From the IMG/VR virus record IMGVR_UViG_3300042509_001296: a stretch of 20,000 bases of DNA, one strand, 5' to 3'. A program made the translations under genes and the position numbers. Below, in pieces: positions 1-8,172 of this stretch; the first letter of the stretch is position 1, and every line of letters begins with the position of its first letter. Origin of the DNA: an uncultured virus (IMG/VR IMGVR_UViG_3300042509_001296). Taxonomy: Duplodnaviria; Heunggongvirae; Uroviricota; Caudoviricetes. The notes beneath the pieces are model-generated. The model did no database searches. It was given only the letters and a program-made list of their open reading frames with translations, and was not told the DNA's origin.

Positions 1-900
1 TATCCAAAGAGTTCCCGTCCAGACAAACCCATCGCCCGGAAGTGAGCCAGCGGGAAACCCAGACGGGAGCGGATCATCGGCAATCCACAGGTCGCCCACA
101 GCGGGCGTTGTGGCTGGCGGCCACTTGGTAGCCTCACCCATGATCTTGGCGGCAGCACCCGTATCACCCTTTTGGCCAGCAGGCCCAGACGGACCCGTGT
201 CGCCCTTGATGCCTTGGATGCCTTGGCTACCGGCTGGCCCGGTTAGTCCAGTTGGGCCCTGCGAACCTTGCGGGCCCTGAGTACCAGCGTCCCCCTTAAG
301 GCCTTTTTCTCCCGGGATTCCTTGAGCCCCAGCAGGACCTTGGGTCCCCTGCGGACCTTGAGCCCCGGTATCGCCCTTGTTCCCTTGGACTCCTTGGGGG
401 CCAGTTTCCCCCTTAGGAATCGAGAGATTCAGCACAAAGTTGGGTGCAGTTCCCGTGATCGTGGCCGCCGCCGTGGCTCCTGCCTGAACAGCCCCTATAG
501 ATAGAGAGCATGGATCGCCCTTATCCCCCCTCGGCAGGGTTAGGTTCAGGGACTGAGTTGGGGCAGTTCCCGATAGGCTGGCAAACGCCGTTGGCCCAGT
601 GATGACCGAGCCGATGGTCAGCGTGTTCGAGGCCCCGGCAGGACCGGCTGGACCAGCATCCCCCTTAGGACCAGCGGGGCCCGAGGGGCCAGAAGGGCCG
701 GATGGGCCGGATGGGCCATTTGCACCCGGTGGGCCGACTTCCGCCTTATAGGGCAGTGCCTTCCAAGCCAAAGCCCCGTCACCGATCTTCCACTTCCCGG
801 TATCTACTTCGACCCCCGGCTCCCCGGCAGACAAAACAGGATTGACCTTCTGCCATTCAGCAGCGGTATCTCGTCGAAGTTGGATTCTCTGTGCTGCCAT
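1..900 (-). CDS. Collagen-like tail fibre protein with Mtd_N/hyaluronidase-N-like N-terminal domain (3'-truncated by window edge)
   Basis: Not in the ORF track; translated by hand. ATG at 900, open to base 1. MAAQRIQLRRDTAAEWQKVNPVLSAGEPGVEVDTGKWKIGDG..WKALPY, then long G-X-Y runs, two GTAP..LNL.(L/I)P.G repeats, and a WPP..P.VGDLWIADDP..PGDGFVWTGTLW module. Confidence 0.88.
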   Translation of the reverse strand, partial: MAAQRIQLRRDTAAEWQKVNPVLSAGEPGVEVDTGKWKIGDGALAWKALPYKAEVGPPGANGPSGPSGPSGPSGPAGPKGDAGPAGPAGASNTLTIGSVITGPTAFASLSGTAPTQSLNLTLPRGDKGDPCSLSIGAVQAGATAAATITGTAPNFVLNLSIPKGETGPQGVQGNKGDTGAQGPQGTQGPAGAQGIPGEKGLKGDAGTQGPQGSQGPTGLTGPAGSQGIQGIKGDTGPSGPAGQKGDTGAAAKIMGEATKWPPATTPAVGDLWIADDPLPSGFPAGSLPGDGFVWTGTLWI

Positions 901-903
901 AAG

Positions 904-993
904 TCACATCGGGCCATCTATGAACTCGATCAACAGGAGGGCGTCCTCCTCGGCGTCCCACTCATCCTCTACGGATACAAACGAGCGGGGCAT
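904..993 (-). CDS. Possible small acidic protein (29 aa)
   Basis: MPRSFVSVEDEWDAEEDALLLIEFIDGPM* fills the gap between two genes and ends 3 nt before the ATG at 900. No clear SD. Confidence 0.35.
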   Translation of the reverse strand: MPRSFVSVEDEWDAEEDALLLIEFIDGPM

Positions 994-1034
994 TGGAGCA
1001 ATCCATAAGGGAAGTCCTAGAAACTGGTCTGGTG

Positions 1035-1235
1035 TTACTTGTGCTTTACGCCAGCGATCTTGTCCTTCGCAAACTGGATCACCTCTGGCGTCCAGTGTTG
1101 GGCAGCCATGTCCTTGACCGCCTGCGGTGCGTCATCGGGCAGCGGGCGAGCGGGCGAGTAGGTGCAGGCCCACAGGGTTCCGTTGCGGTTCTCGATGTAA
1201 CTGATGACGCCGTGCTTTCCGATCGTCGTTCGCAT
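1035..1235 (-). CDS. Small tail-fibre-associated protein (possible assembly chaperone)
   Basis: 66 aa, 1-nt overlap with the upstream fibre gene. C-terminal VKDMAAQHWTPEVI resembles small proteins commonly found after phage fibre genes. Confidence 0.6.
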   Translation of the reverse strand: MRTTIGKHGVISYIENRNGTLWACTYSPARPLPDDAPQAVKDMAAQHWTPEVIQFAKDKIAGVKHK

Positions 1236-1762
1236 CAGAGGCTCCCCCGCAGCGGCGGATCGTCGGTCAAATATGTAAAGGAGACAGAGAAGCCGCTTCC
1301 GGGTTCTTCACCGTCCGTAATCACCATCACGGGGTCTTCTGTGACAGCGTATGCGAGACTCCCGATGATCTTGCCTTCGGACGAGATCACCACTCCGGCG
1401 TAAGGATTCCGCGAGGGTTGAACACTGGTCATGGTTTCCTTTATTGAAAACGGAAGCCCAAGCAGGGTGCTGTCGGGTCGCACGTCTGCGGCTTCAGCGG
1501 CTGAAACGCCGATGAACAGGGTGACGAGTTGACCACTGCGAACCCAGTATCCTGCGCACGACGTGTCGATGGTCGCGTCATTACCGGGCGCAAGAAACTG
1601 CGGCTGCCACTCGCCGCTGAACTGCGTTTCGCCCTCGACTTTCAAGAAGCCATCGCTGCCCAACGTGAGAGCGTTCCCCGCGTCAGCACTGACCGTAGAC
1701 GGGCCGGGCGGCCCCTTGAGGGACTGCCACCCGGCTCCGTCGTAAATCTTCGCGTCTTTCAA
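1235..1762 (-). CDS. Short tail fibre / receptor-binding tip protein
   Basis: Start reassigned to TTG 1762 (GAGGAG 7 nt upstream). N-terminal KIYDGAGW, GPPGP, VSADAGNALTLGSDG, then a GEWQP..GYWVRSGQLVTL..GLPF fibre C-terminal domain. Confidence 0.75.
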   Translation of the reverse strand: MKDAKIYDGAGWQSLKGPPGPSTVSADAGNALTLGSDGFLKVEGETQFSGEWQPQFLAPGNDATIDTSCAGYWVRSGQLVTLFIGVSAAEAADVRPDSTLLGLPFSIKETMTSVQPSRNPYAGVVISSEGKIIGSLAYAVTEDPVMVITDGEEPGSGFSVSFTYLTDDPPLRGSL

Positions 1763-1766
1763 TGGA

Positions 1767-2609
1767 TTACTCCTCAATCCAAAAGTCACCGATTGCTGCC
1801 GTAGCGGGCTGGGTCGGGCCCTTGGTCACGTTCACAGACCGACCATCGGCACCGGCCGGTCCATCCGCACCCGGGTCACCCTTATCGCCCTTCTCGCCCG
1901 GTGCGGCAGCGGCACCGTCTTCGCCCTTTTCACCCTTAGCCGCCAGCAGTTTCAGGTCATCAACCGGGCTGGTGATGATGCCGCGACTCGATTGGTTCAC
2001 GACGATAAAGGTCTGGCCAAACAGAGTCACAACGTCGTTGTTTTCGTATGACTCGTTCAGGTCGAACTCACCCCGGAAGGTAAGGCCAACCCCGTCCGCA
2101 CCCGCCACACCGTCAGTGCCCTTCGTAGCAAGGGTTGCCCACGCCGTCGTGTCGGTGATGTCCTCGTCGCCGTCCCCAGCGATCATGATGTAGGTGGTGC
2201 CCTGATAGGTCACTACATCGTTGACGTCATAGGCACTTCCATCCCACTCACCCTTGAAGGTAAAGCCAACGCCATCAGCACCCGGCGGGCCGTCTTGGCC
2301 CGGAGCACCATCAGCACCATTGGCACCGTCCTTGCCAGCAGGGCCACGAATGCCACCGACGTTGTTCCACTCCGTGCCCGTCCAGACGAGTCCGTCGCCG
2401 GGGTTGGTGCCAGCCGGGAAGCCAGCAGGAACCGGGTCGGCCACGATCCACATATCACCAACGTCAGGGGTGGCGGCCGGTGGGTAGACAGTGGCAGTGC
2501 CCTTGATGTCTACGCCCGAGCCATCCTTGCCGTCCACGCCGTCTTTGCCAGCGGGACCAACGATGGAGACCCATGCACTGCCGTCGAAAATGGATACGTC
2601 TTTGGCCAT
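1767..2609 (-). CDS. Collagen-like fibre protein with two CBM5/12-like repeats
   Basis: G-X-Y segments; FKGEWDGSAYDVNDVVTYQGTTY and FRGEFDLNESYENNDVVTLFGQTF repeats; GDMW..PGDGLVWTGTEW module. Confidence 0.85.
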   Translation of the reverse strand: MAKDVSIFDGSAWVSIVGPAGKDGVDGKDGSGVDIKGTATVYPPAATPDVGDMWIVADPVPAGFPAGTNPGDGLVWTGTEWNNVGGIRGPAGKDGANGADGAPGQDGPPGADGVGFTFKGEWDGSAYDVNDVVTYQGTTYIMIAGDGDEDITDTTAWATLATKGTDGVAGADGVGLTFRGEFDLNESYENNDVVTLFGQTFIVVNQSSRGIITSPVDDLKLLAAKGEKGEDGAAAAPGEKGDKGDPGADGPAGADGRSVNVTKGPTQPATAAIGDFWIEE

Positions 2610-2620
2610 TGCTCTTTCCC

Positions 2621-2815
2621 TTAGTTGTTGTTAATCCACACGGTTCCCGGCTTCGCACTTGCTGGCTGGGTGTTCTGCACTAGCACTTCCACTGACTCAC
2701 CGTCATCGCCCTTGTCACCTTTGTCGCCCTTGGGTCCGGGTGTGCCGCCTCCACCAACTCCAGTGATGGGGAGCCACTTACCCGCGACGGTGTCGAAGTA
2801 ATAGAGTTGAGCCAT
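2621..2815 (-). CDS. Mini collagen-like fibre/linker protein (64 aa)
   Basis: MAQLYYFDTVAGKWLPI, GPKGDKGDKGDDG, C-terminal QPASAKPGTVWI. Fits tightly between its neighbours. Confidence 0.8.
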   Translation of the reverse strand: MAQLYYFDTVAGKWLPITGVGGGGTPGPKGDKGDKGDDGESVEVLVQNTQPASAKPGTVWINNN

Positions 2816-2816
2816 G

Positions 2817-4499
2817 TCAGTAGGCCGCCTTCCAGCGGATGCCCGAGAAGTTTGCCTCGTTCGACCTCGCCCCGGGGCTACATGAGATGTCGCGGTTCTT
2901 GCTGCTCACTGAGCAGAATCCGTAGGTCACGGCAGAGCCGACGAGCCTCATCGCCAGCGGGTAACTCGCGTCCACTTCGGCAACAGGGAACTGCGGAGGA
3001 AGCCGCAGGGGAACCCACGCACCGCTGCCAGCACCGAATGACAGAGTCCCCTTGAGTTCGATGAACCCGCCGATCATCCTCGCCTGAATCTCGGTAGAAA
3101 CAGACTCCTTCGCCCCATCCATGCGCACCATCCATGTCCAATCAATGTCGGCGGGAGGAGGCTTCGTGCCACCGACGAGCATCAACTTCACCTCGTCAAG
3201 GACGGACTTCTTGAACTCAACAAGGGCAGGGTCGTTGATCGTTGGCGAGCCAAGCGGACTGATCGCGGTCAGTTTGTCATCGACCTGCTTGCGCGAGTAC
3301 AGCATCAAGGCCATCTGGTTGTCGAAGTCGGCCTTGCTGAAGGCGTCGGTGATCCGCATGAAGCGGTCATCGGTCTGCTTCTGCGTGTATACGTCAGCCT
3401 TAAGGGGGTAACGGAAGTCCGCTTCAGTCCGCGTGTAGATCGAGTCAAAGATCGTCTGGACTTGATTGCGGAGAAGATCGAGGGCTTCAACCCTGCCGTA
3501 CCGGGTGTCGGCGGTTGCGAGCGTGACGTATGGGGCGAGGTCAATGGCCGGAGCCGCCTTGCTCTCAAGGGCCTCCATCCTTGGCAGCAGGGCGTTCAGG
3601 GAGTCAAGGTCGGACTTGTAGACAAGGAACTCGTTCTCAAGCCCAATGTTCAAAACAAGACGATTCCCATAACCCTCGCCCGTGTCGGAGTAGCCGAGAG
3701 CGACAGGTGGCAGTAACGTGTCGCCAAAACCGTAAGCCTGCGACACGACGGTCTTGGCAAGGAACGGCTGCTGGTTGTCCTGCTTGCGGGCGTAACGGTC
3801 ATCGGACTCGACGCGGGTGTAGATCGAGTCGAACACCGCCTGCAACTGCGTGGTGATGAGCGTCGTGGTCGAGAGCGGGGCGAACTTGCCGTCTACTTCC
3901 AACTTTGTATAGGTGTCAGCCTTGTCAGACTTGAGGTCGATCCTCTCCTGCAACTGCCGTGCAGTCTCGGTGACGGCGAACAGGACTTGGTTCTGCACGG
4001 CATCGAGGTCGAGGGCACCTTCGTCCCGACACACCTTGATAGCGGCATCAGTCTCAGGCTTGGTGTAGTAGCCCGACAGGTCAACCGTTCCACCTCCGGC
4101 TGGGGAGAAGATGTCCACCATCTGCGGGTTGCTGAACGGCTTATCCAGTTCGTCACTGGTCAACTTCATCCACTTGCCGTCAGGGTCACAGGAGACGAGG
4201 GTGGACGGATTCTGAGGGGTCGGCTGGTTGGTGCTGCTCTTGACGATCTTGGCGATAGAGCGGTTCGGCCCCTGCACCACGACCGTGGTTTGGAACTCCT
4301 GCCTCACGATGGAGACAAGGGTGGCGGCATCCTTGTAGAAGTGCAGTCCATCAGCAACGTCCTTCCAGCACTCCTCAAGGGCAGCGGGGGTAGGGACAGT
4401 CGGTGTCGGGATCGGGCCGTCTTGAACAGTGACGGGAGAGCCGCCAGAGCCACCAACCTCAACCCATTGGCCGTTGCTATAGATGTTGAGAGTCTTCAT
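2817..4499 (-). CDS. Tail fibre-like protein with YT(K/R)xExD repeats and C-terminal putative receptor-binding domain
   Basis: 560 aa. Repeats include YYTKPETD, TYTKLEVD, IYTRVESD, IYTRTEAD, VYTQKQTD, LYSRKQVD. C-terminal W..ARMIGGFIELKG..LPPQFP domain. Confidence 0.8.
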   Translation of the reverse strand: MKTLNIYSNGQWVEVGGSGGSPVTVQDGPIPTPTVPTPAALEECWKDVADGLHFYKDAATLVSIVRQEFQTTVVVQGPNRSIAKIVKSSTNQPTPQNPSTLVSCDPDGKWMKLTSDELDKPFSNPQMVDIFSPAGGGTVDLSGYYTKPETDAAIKVCRDEGALDLDAVQNQVLFAVTETARQLQERIDLKSDKADTYTKLEVDGKFAPLSTTTLITTQLQAVFDSIYTRVESDDRYARKQDNQQPFLAKTVVSQAYGFGDTLLPPVALGYSDTGEGYGNRLVLNIGLENEFLVYKSDLDSLNALLPRMEALESKAAPAIDLAPYVTLATADTRYGRVEALDLLRNQVQTIFDSIYTRTEADFRYPLKADVYTQKQTDDRFMRITDAFSKADFDNQMALMLYSRKQVDDKLTAISPLGSPTINDPALVEFKKSVLDEVKLMLVGGTKPPPADIDWTWMVRMDGAKESVSTEIQARMIGGFIELKGTLSFGAGSGAWVPLRLPPQFPVAEVDASYPLAMRLVGSAVTYGFCSVSSKNRDISCSPGARSNEANFSGIRWKAAY

Positions 4500-4501
4500 G
4501 T

Positions 4502-5140
4502 TCAGTAGGCGTAGGCCATGGCTCCCGTGAATGTGACTCCGGTGATCTTGCCGTCTCCAACGACCCCGATGGCCCCGTCCGCGTTGAATCGGATGAACAC
4601 TCGGCGGTAGGTCACGCCCTGCTCAATGCCGAAACCGACCACAACCTGATCCTGCGGCGGCTTCGGGAAGTTGGCCGGGAGACGCTGGACCGTCGAGAAG
4701 GTGCCGAGGCTGGTAGTGGTGTAGGTGAGTTCTCCACGCAGTTGGATCATGCCGTTAAGGACTCGGGCCTCGATCAGGCCTGATCCAGCGACCTTCACGC
4801 ATGGTGTCCAAGGAAGGTCTTCGGGGACAGCCTTGCCACCCGCCATCAGCGAGCGAACAAGTTGGGCCACATGGGCGTCGAGTTCTTTGGTGTCGGCATC
4901 GGCAATCAATGCCGAAATCGCTGCCGCCTTTGCCGCAGGGGTGGAGAGCCACAGGTCGCCGTCTTTCCCTGAGTCAGGCTTGGCCTCCTGCTCGTAGACC
5001 GTCCCGCCTGAAGACAAGTTGGCAATGGCCCCATCTACTTCCGACTTGGTGTAGTAGTTGGCCTCAAGGTAGGCAATGTCGGCGTTGGCATCGAGGTCCG
5101 TCGAGCCGTACTGCTCGTTGCGTGTTTCGGTGTCGCTCAT
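4502..5140 (-). CDS. Short tail fibre-like protein, C-terminally paralogous to 2817..4499
   Basis: YYTKSEVD, KPDSGKDGDLWL, and PW..ARVLNGMIQLRG..LPANFP. Confidence 0.8.
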   Translation of the reverse strand: MSDTETRNEQYGSTDLDANADIAYLEANYYTKSEVDGAIANLSSGGTVYEQEAKPDSGKDGDLWLSTPAAKAAAISALIADADTKELDAHVAQLVRSLMAGGKAVPEDLPWTPCVKVAGSGLIEARVLNGMIQLRGELTYTTTSLGTFSTVQRLPANFPKPPQDQVVVGFGIEQGVTYRRVFIRFNADGAIGVVGDGKITGVTFTGAMAYAY

Positions 5141-6171
5141 TCAGTCACCTCTTCTTCGCTGCCATCTCGGACGGTGGTCGTGGTGAACGTCGGGAAGGCC
5201 ATGCCATCAAGATGGATAACAAGCGGAGCCCTAAGCAGCGGGATGGCAACAAGCGGGTTTTGGGCACTGCCGCCATCAACTCGCATATGGCATATGCCGG
5301 GTCCGGTTGAAGAGGTAGTGGTCGCCGTGCCGTAGACCGTGACGTTCCCAAAAAGGTCTGGGAAGCCGTTGCTGACCGGGAATGACCCCACTTCTGCGGC
5401 TGTGTCGATGGCGAACACAGTCGAATCCTTCTTTTGAATGCTGCCCCGCAACTCAATGGTCTGGCCGTCATAGAGGATTCTGTATTGGGGAGTCTTCCCG
5501 GCCGACGTAAGGGCGGTGGGGAGGTTGAGGGGCTGCCACTGAGGTTTCAGGTCAGTGTCATAAACAATCGTGTTGTTTGTGCTTAACCCGCCTACGGAGG
5601 TGTTCACAACAAGGCGGCCATTGACAGCCTGAGTGAGTTTGAGAGTGCGTGTTACCTGTACCTGTACCACCCCGTTGAGCCCCGTTGTCGAAGACCCCGA
5701 GAACAGAGTGAAGGCGTTGGCACTGATGTCCTGAAAGTCAAACAGGTCGGCCTTTGCGTTGAGCAGGCTGTCAATCTCTGTCTTGGAGTAGAGATCACCC
5801 GTCAGCAGGACTTGCCTTGAAGCACTCCCGGTAACGTCATAAACAAGCCGATTGCCCGTTGCGCTCATCGACAAGAAGGCGTCGATGGTGGGACTGACCT
5901 TCCACTTCACCCGCCTTAGGGTTATGTCTTGGGTTGTGCTTGTGAGGTCTGCCTTGAGTGCCAGTTCAGTGGTAGCGTCAACGTCCTTAACAAGGGCATC
6001 AACCTGCGTCTTGGTGTAGTAGTTGGTCAGGTCTACGCTTCCGCCACCGACCGTGATGCTTGAGATCAAGGCATCGACTTCGAGGTCCGTGTACACGCCC
6101 ACAATCCCCTTTGGTGCGGAGATTGACGAGGTGAAGGTGTTTACGGGTGTCGGCCTAACGGGAGCGGGCAT
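5137..6171 (-). CDS. Tail fibre-like protein
   Basis: VDLTNYYTKTQVD and LYSKTEIDSLLNAKAD repeats; C-terminal WQPLNL..PQYRI..IELRG domain; 4-nt overlap with the next gene. Confidence 0.78.
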   Translation of the reverse strand: MPAPVRPTPVNTFTSSISAPKGIVGVYTDLEVDALISSITVGGGSVDLTNYYTKTQVDALVKDVDATTELALKADLTSTTQDITLRRVKWKVSPTIDAFLSMSATGNRLVYDVTGSASRQVLLTGDLYSKTEIDSLLNAKADLFDFQDISANAFTLFSGSSTTGLNGVVQVQVTRTLKLTQAVNGRLVVNTSVGGLSTNNTIVYDTDLKPQWQPLNLPTALTSAGKTPQYRILYDGQTIELRGSIQKKDSTVFAIDTAAEVGSFPVSNGFPDLFGNVTVYGTATTTSSTGPGICHMRVDGGSAQNPLVAIPLLRAPLVIHLDGMAFPTFTTTTVRDGSEEEVTE

Positions 6172-6174
6172 GGG

Positions 6175-7605
6175 TCATACCTCAATAAGTGGCAGCAGAT
6201 ATTTGGTTCCGTTCACCACAACGGGGACTCCCCCGACCATGTAGGGTTGGGTGATGAACATTCCAGTTGGGTCTTCGCCAATGAAAGTCCCGTCCAACTG
6301 CTGCGTTGTTATGGAGTCTTCAAAGACAAACAGGGGCGAAGCAGTGGCGGATGGAGGTGCGGGGATTAACGGCAGGAGGTACTTCTTGCCGTTGACGAGT
6401 ACGGGCACACCACCAACCATCAAGGGCTGGTGAATCTCCAAGCCGTCTGCGGACAGACCAATGGGAAGTCCGTTCGGCTGCTGGGTAATCGCGGTGCTTA
6501 AGTAAGCCGGAGGGTTGGTGTTGCTGAACGGTAGGTTCGGGTCTGGCGGGGCAGTCCCAGTGGGGTCAATCCAGATCGCACCACCACCGGCGGGAGCGGG
6601 CGGCTCGGTGTCAGACACCAATACGGGTTCAGCGAAGTACCAGCCCGTCGCAGGGTCTTGGTCTGCCCGGAGATAGCCTTCTTCTGTGGGCGTCGGGAGA
6701 ACGTAGCCTTCGCCAGCAGCACGACCGGGCTGATTGCCGTACTGGAGGTTGCCAAAGTACCCGTAGTCGGCCAGCACCCAGCCGTCGCCGCCAATGGGGT
6801 CGGATGCACCGCCACCGCCGGAGAGGTCTTGCAGGCGAACGCGAGTGAACGTGACAGGCGTGTCTTTGAATGCCGCCTTAAGCGACATCTCCTCCGACCA
6901 CTGCTGGAGCGGGAGGTTGGACGAGGCAGTGACGCCAGTGACCGGGCCAGTGGCACTGGTGTCTACCGTGACATCGCCAGCGGTTCCGCCAGAGGCAGCC
7001 ACCACCCACTGAATGCCATCCCAAATGCTTAAGACGGTTCCATCAGGGGTAGGCTTGAGCCACATATCCCCGACGTTCTTTGCCGTAGGGGTCGTGGTTC
7101 CGCTGAACACAGACACCGCAGTGCCGTCAGCACCGGCTGGGCCTTCTGGTCCTTGGATAGGTCCAGTGGCTACCCACTTAGTGCCGGTCCACGAAAAGCC
7201 ATCGCCGGGGGATGAGCCAGCGGGAGCAGTGGCCGGAATGGGGTCATCAAGAACCCAGAGGTCACCGATCTCCGGGGTTCCCGGGGGCGGCCAGACATCG
7301 GCAACACCCTTGATCTGAATGCCTTTACCGGGGGCACCAGCAGGGCCAGCAGGGCCCGGAGTGCCAGCGGGGCCACGGGCCATGAGGTAGGGCAGTTCCG
7401 ACCAGCGAGTGCTGCCGGTGCCGATCTTTACCTTGCCGGTGGGATAGCCAATCTCATAGCCAAACTCGCCCGCCTCTAGGACGGGGTCGTTCTTGAGCCA
7501 TCCATCAGGGGTGTCCCTACGGACAATGACCCTCTGGCCCAACTGCTCGTATGAGTCGGCCTTGTTTTTTAGGCCTTCTCGGTGACTAGGTGGAACAAGC
7601 GACAT
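6175..7605 (-). CDS. Collagen-like tail fibre protein with Mtd_N-like domain
   Basis: RRDTPDGWLKNDPVLEAGEFGYE..KVKIGTGSTRWSELPY, G-X-Y run, GDLW/GDMW modules, duplicated C-terminal domain. Confidence 0.85.
   Translation of the reverse strand: MSLVPPSHREGLKNKADSYEQLGQRVIVRRDTPDGWLKNDPVLEAGEFGYEIGYPTGKVKIGTGSTRWSELPYLMARGPAGTPGPAGPAGAPGKGIQIKGVADVWPPPGTPEIGDLWVLDDPIPATAPAGSSPGDGFSWTGTKWVATGPIQGPEGPAGADGTAVSVFSGTTTPTAKNVGDMWLKPTPDGTVLSIWDGIQWVVAASGGTAGDVTVDTSATGPVTGVTASSNLPLQQWSEEMSLKAAFKDTPVTFTRVRLQDLSGGGGASDPIGGDGWVLADYGYFGNLQYGNQPGRAAGEGYVLPTPTEEGYLRADQDPATGWYFAEPVLVSDTEPPAPAGGGAIWIDPTGTAPPDPNLPFSNTNPPAYLSTAITQQPNGLPIGLSADGLEIHQPLMVGGVPVLVNGKKYLLPLIPAPPSATASPLFVFEDSITTQQLDGTFIGEDPTGMFITQPYMVGGVPVVVNGTKYLLPLIEV
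6178..6490 (-). repeat. Tandem duplicated ~43-aa C-terminal unit
   Basis: ITQQPNGLPIGLSADGLEIHQPLMVGGVPVLVNGKKYLLPLI vs TTQQLDGTFIGEDPTGMFITQPYMVGGVPVVVNGTKYLLPLI. Confidence 0.85.
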
Positions 7606-7623
7606 AAGGGCCCTTTGCCCTCT

Positions 7624-8172
7624 TTATGTCTTGGGTCGCTTCCACTGAGGCACATGCTTTTCCTTCACCTTGGAAATGGCGTCCTTCATGGACAGTGAAG
7701 GGTTTTTGGCGATTTCCTTCTTGGCCAACTCCTTGGCAATCTTGGGATTCAGGTCAACCGTAACGGGCGGGGTGTCGTGGGCATCTACGTTGATGATCCC
7801 CCTGACCTGAAGGTTCCGCTTTTTGGCTACCCGGCGAACATCCGACAAATCTGACACCCATGCTTCTGGGTCACAGTGGCCCCGCTTGTCCGACAGTCCG
7901 CTCATGTACTGCTTGCCGGTGATGTCTATCCCTGCCGCCTTAGCCTCACGGACTACCCGTTTGGCCATATGGATTGGCATATCGTCTATCCAGTTGCCAT
8001 CCAGCCTGCCCTGCTGGAATGCCCGGTCAGTGCCTGAAGTTCCGGGCGGCTGCTGAAGGGCACACATCTCCGCGAATCTAGGGTTCTGCCCGTCAGCCAC
8101 CATCTTCAGGTAGTGGTGTTGGACATGGGGGGCGGCGTTCGCAATGTCGAAAGGCATGGCTTCGGTAATCAT
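7624..8172 (-). CDS. Hypothetical phage protein
   Basis: 182-aa ORF with strong SD (AGGAGG) and ATGA overlap with the nuclease gene; basic C-terminus. Confidence 0.8.
   Translation of the reverse strand: MITEAMPFDIANAAPHVQHHYLKMVADGQNPRFAEMCALQQPPGTSGTDRAFQQGRLDGNWIDDMPIHMAKRVVREAKAAGIDITGKQYMSGLSDKRGHCDPEAWVSDLSDVRRVAKKRNLQVRGIINVDAHDTPPVTVDLNPKIAKELAKKEIAKNPSLSMKDAISKVKEKHVPQWKRPKT

Noticed and set aside
160..740. Short tandem DNA repeats (e.g. gggccggat, gatgccttg)
   Set aside because: Explained by collagen G-X-Y coding. They are not CRISPR or regulatory repeats.
1762..2817. Stop-codon reassignment or readthrough as the cause of the split fibre genes
   Set aside because: Adjacent genes are in different frames, and TAA, TGA and TAG all terminate genes normally in this window.
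1..7605. Diversity-generating retroelement suggested by Mtd_N-like domains
   Set aside because: No reverse transcriptase and no near-identical TR/VR pair differing at adenines was seen. Mtd_N-like domains are common fibre anchors.
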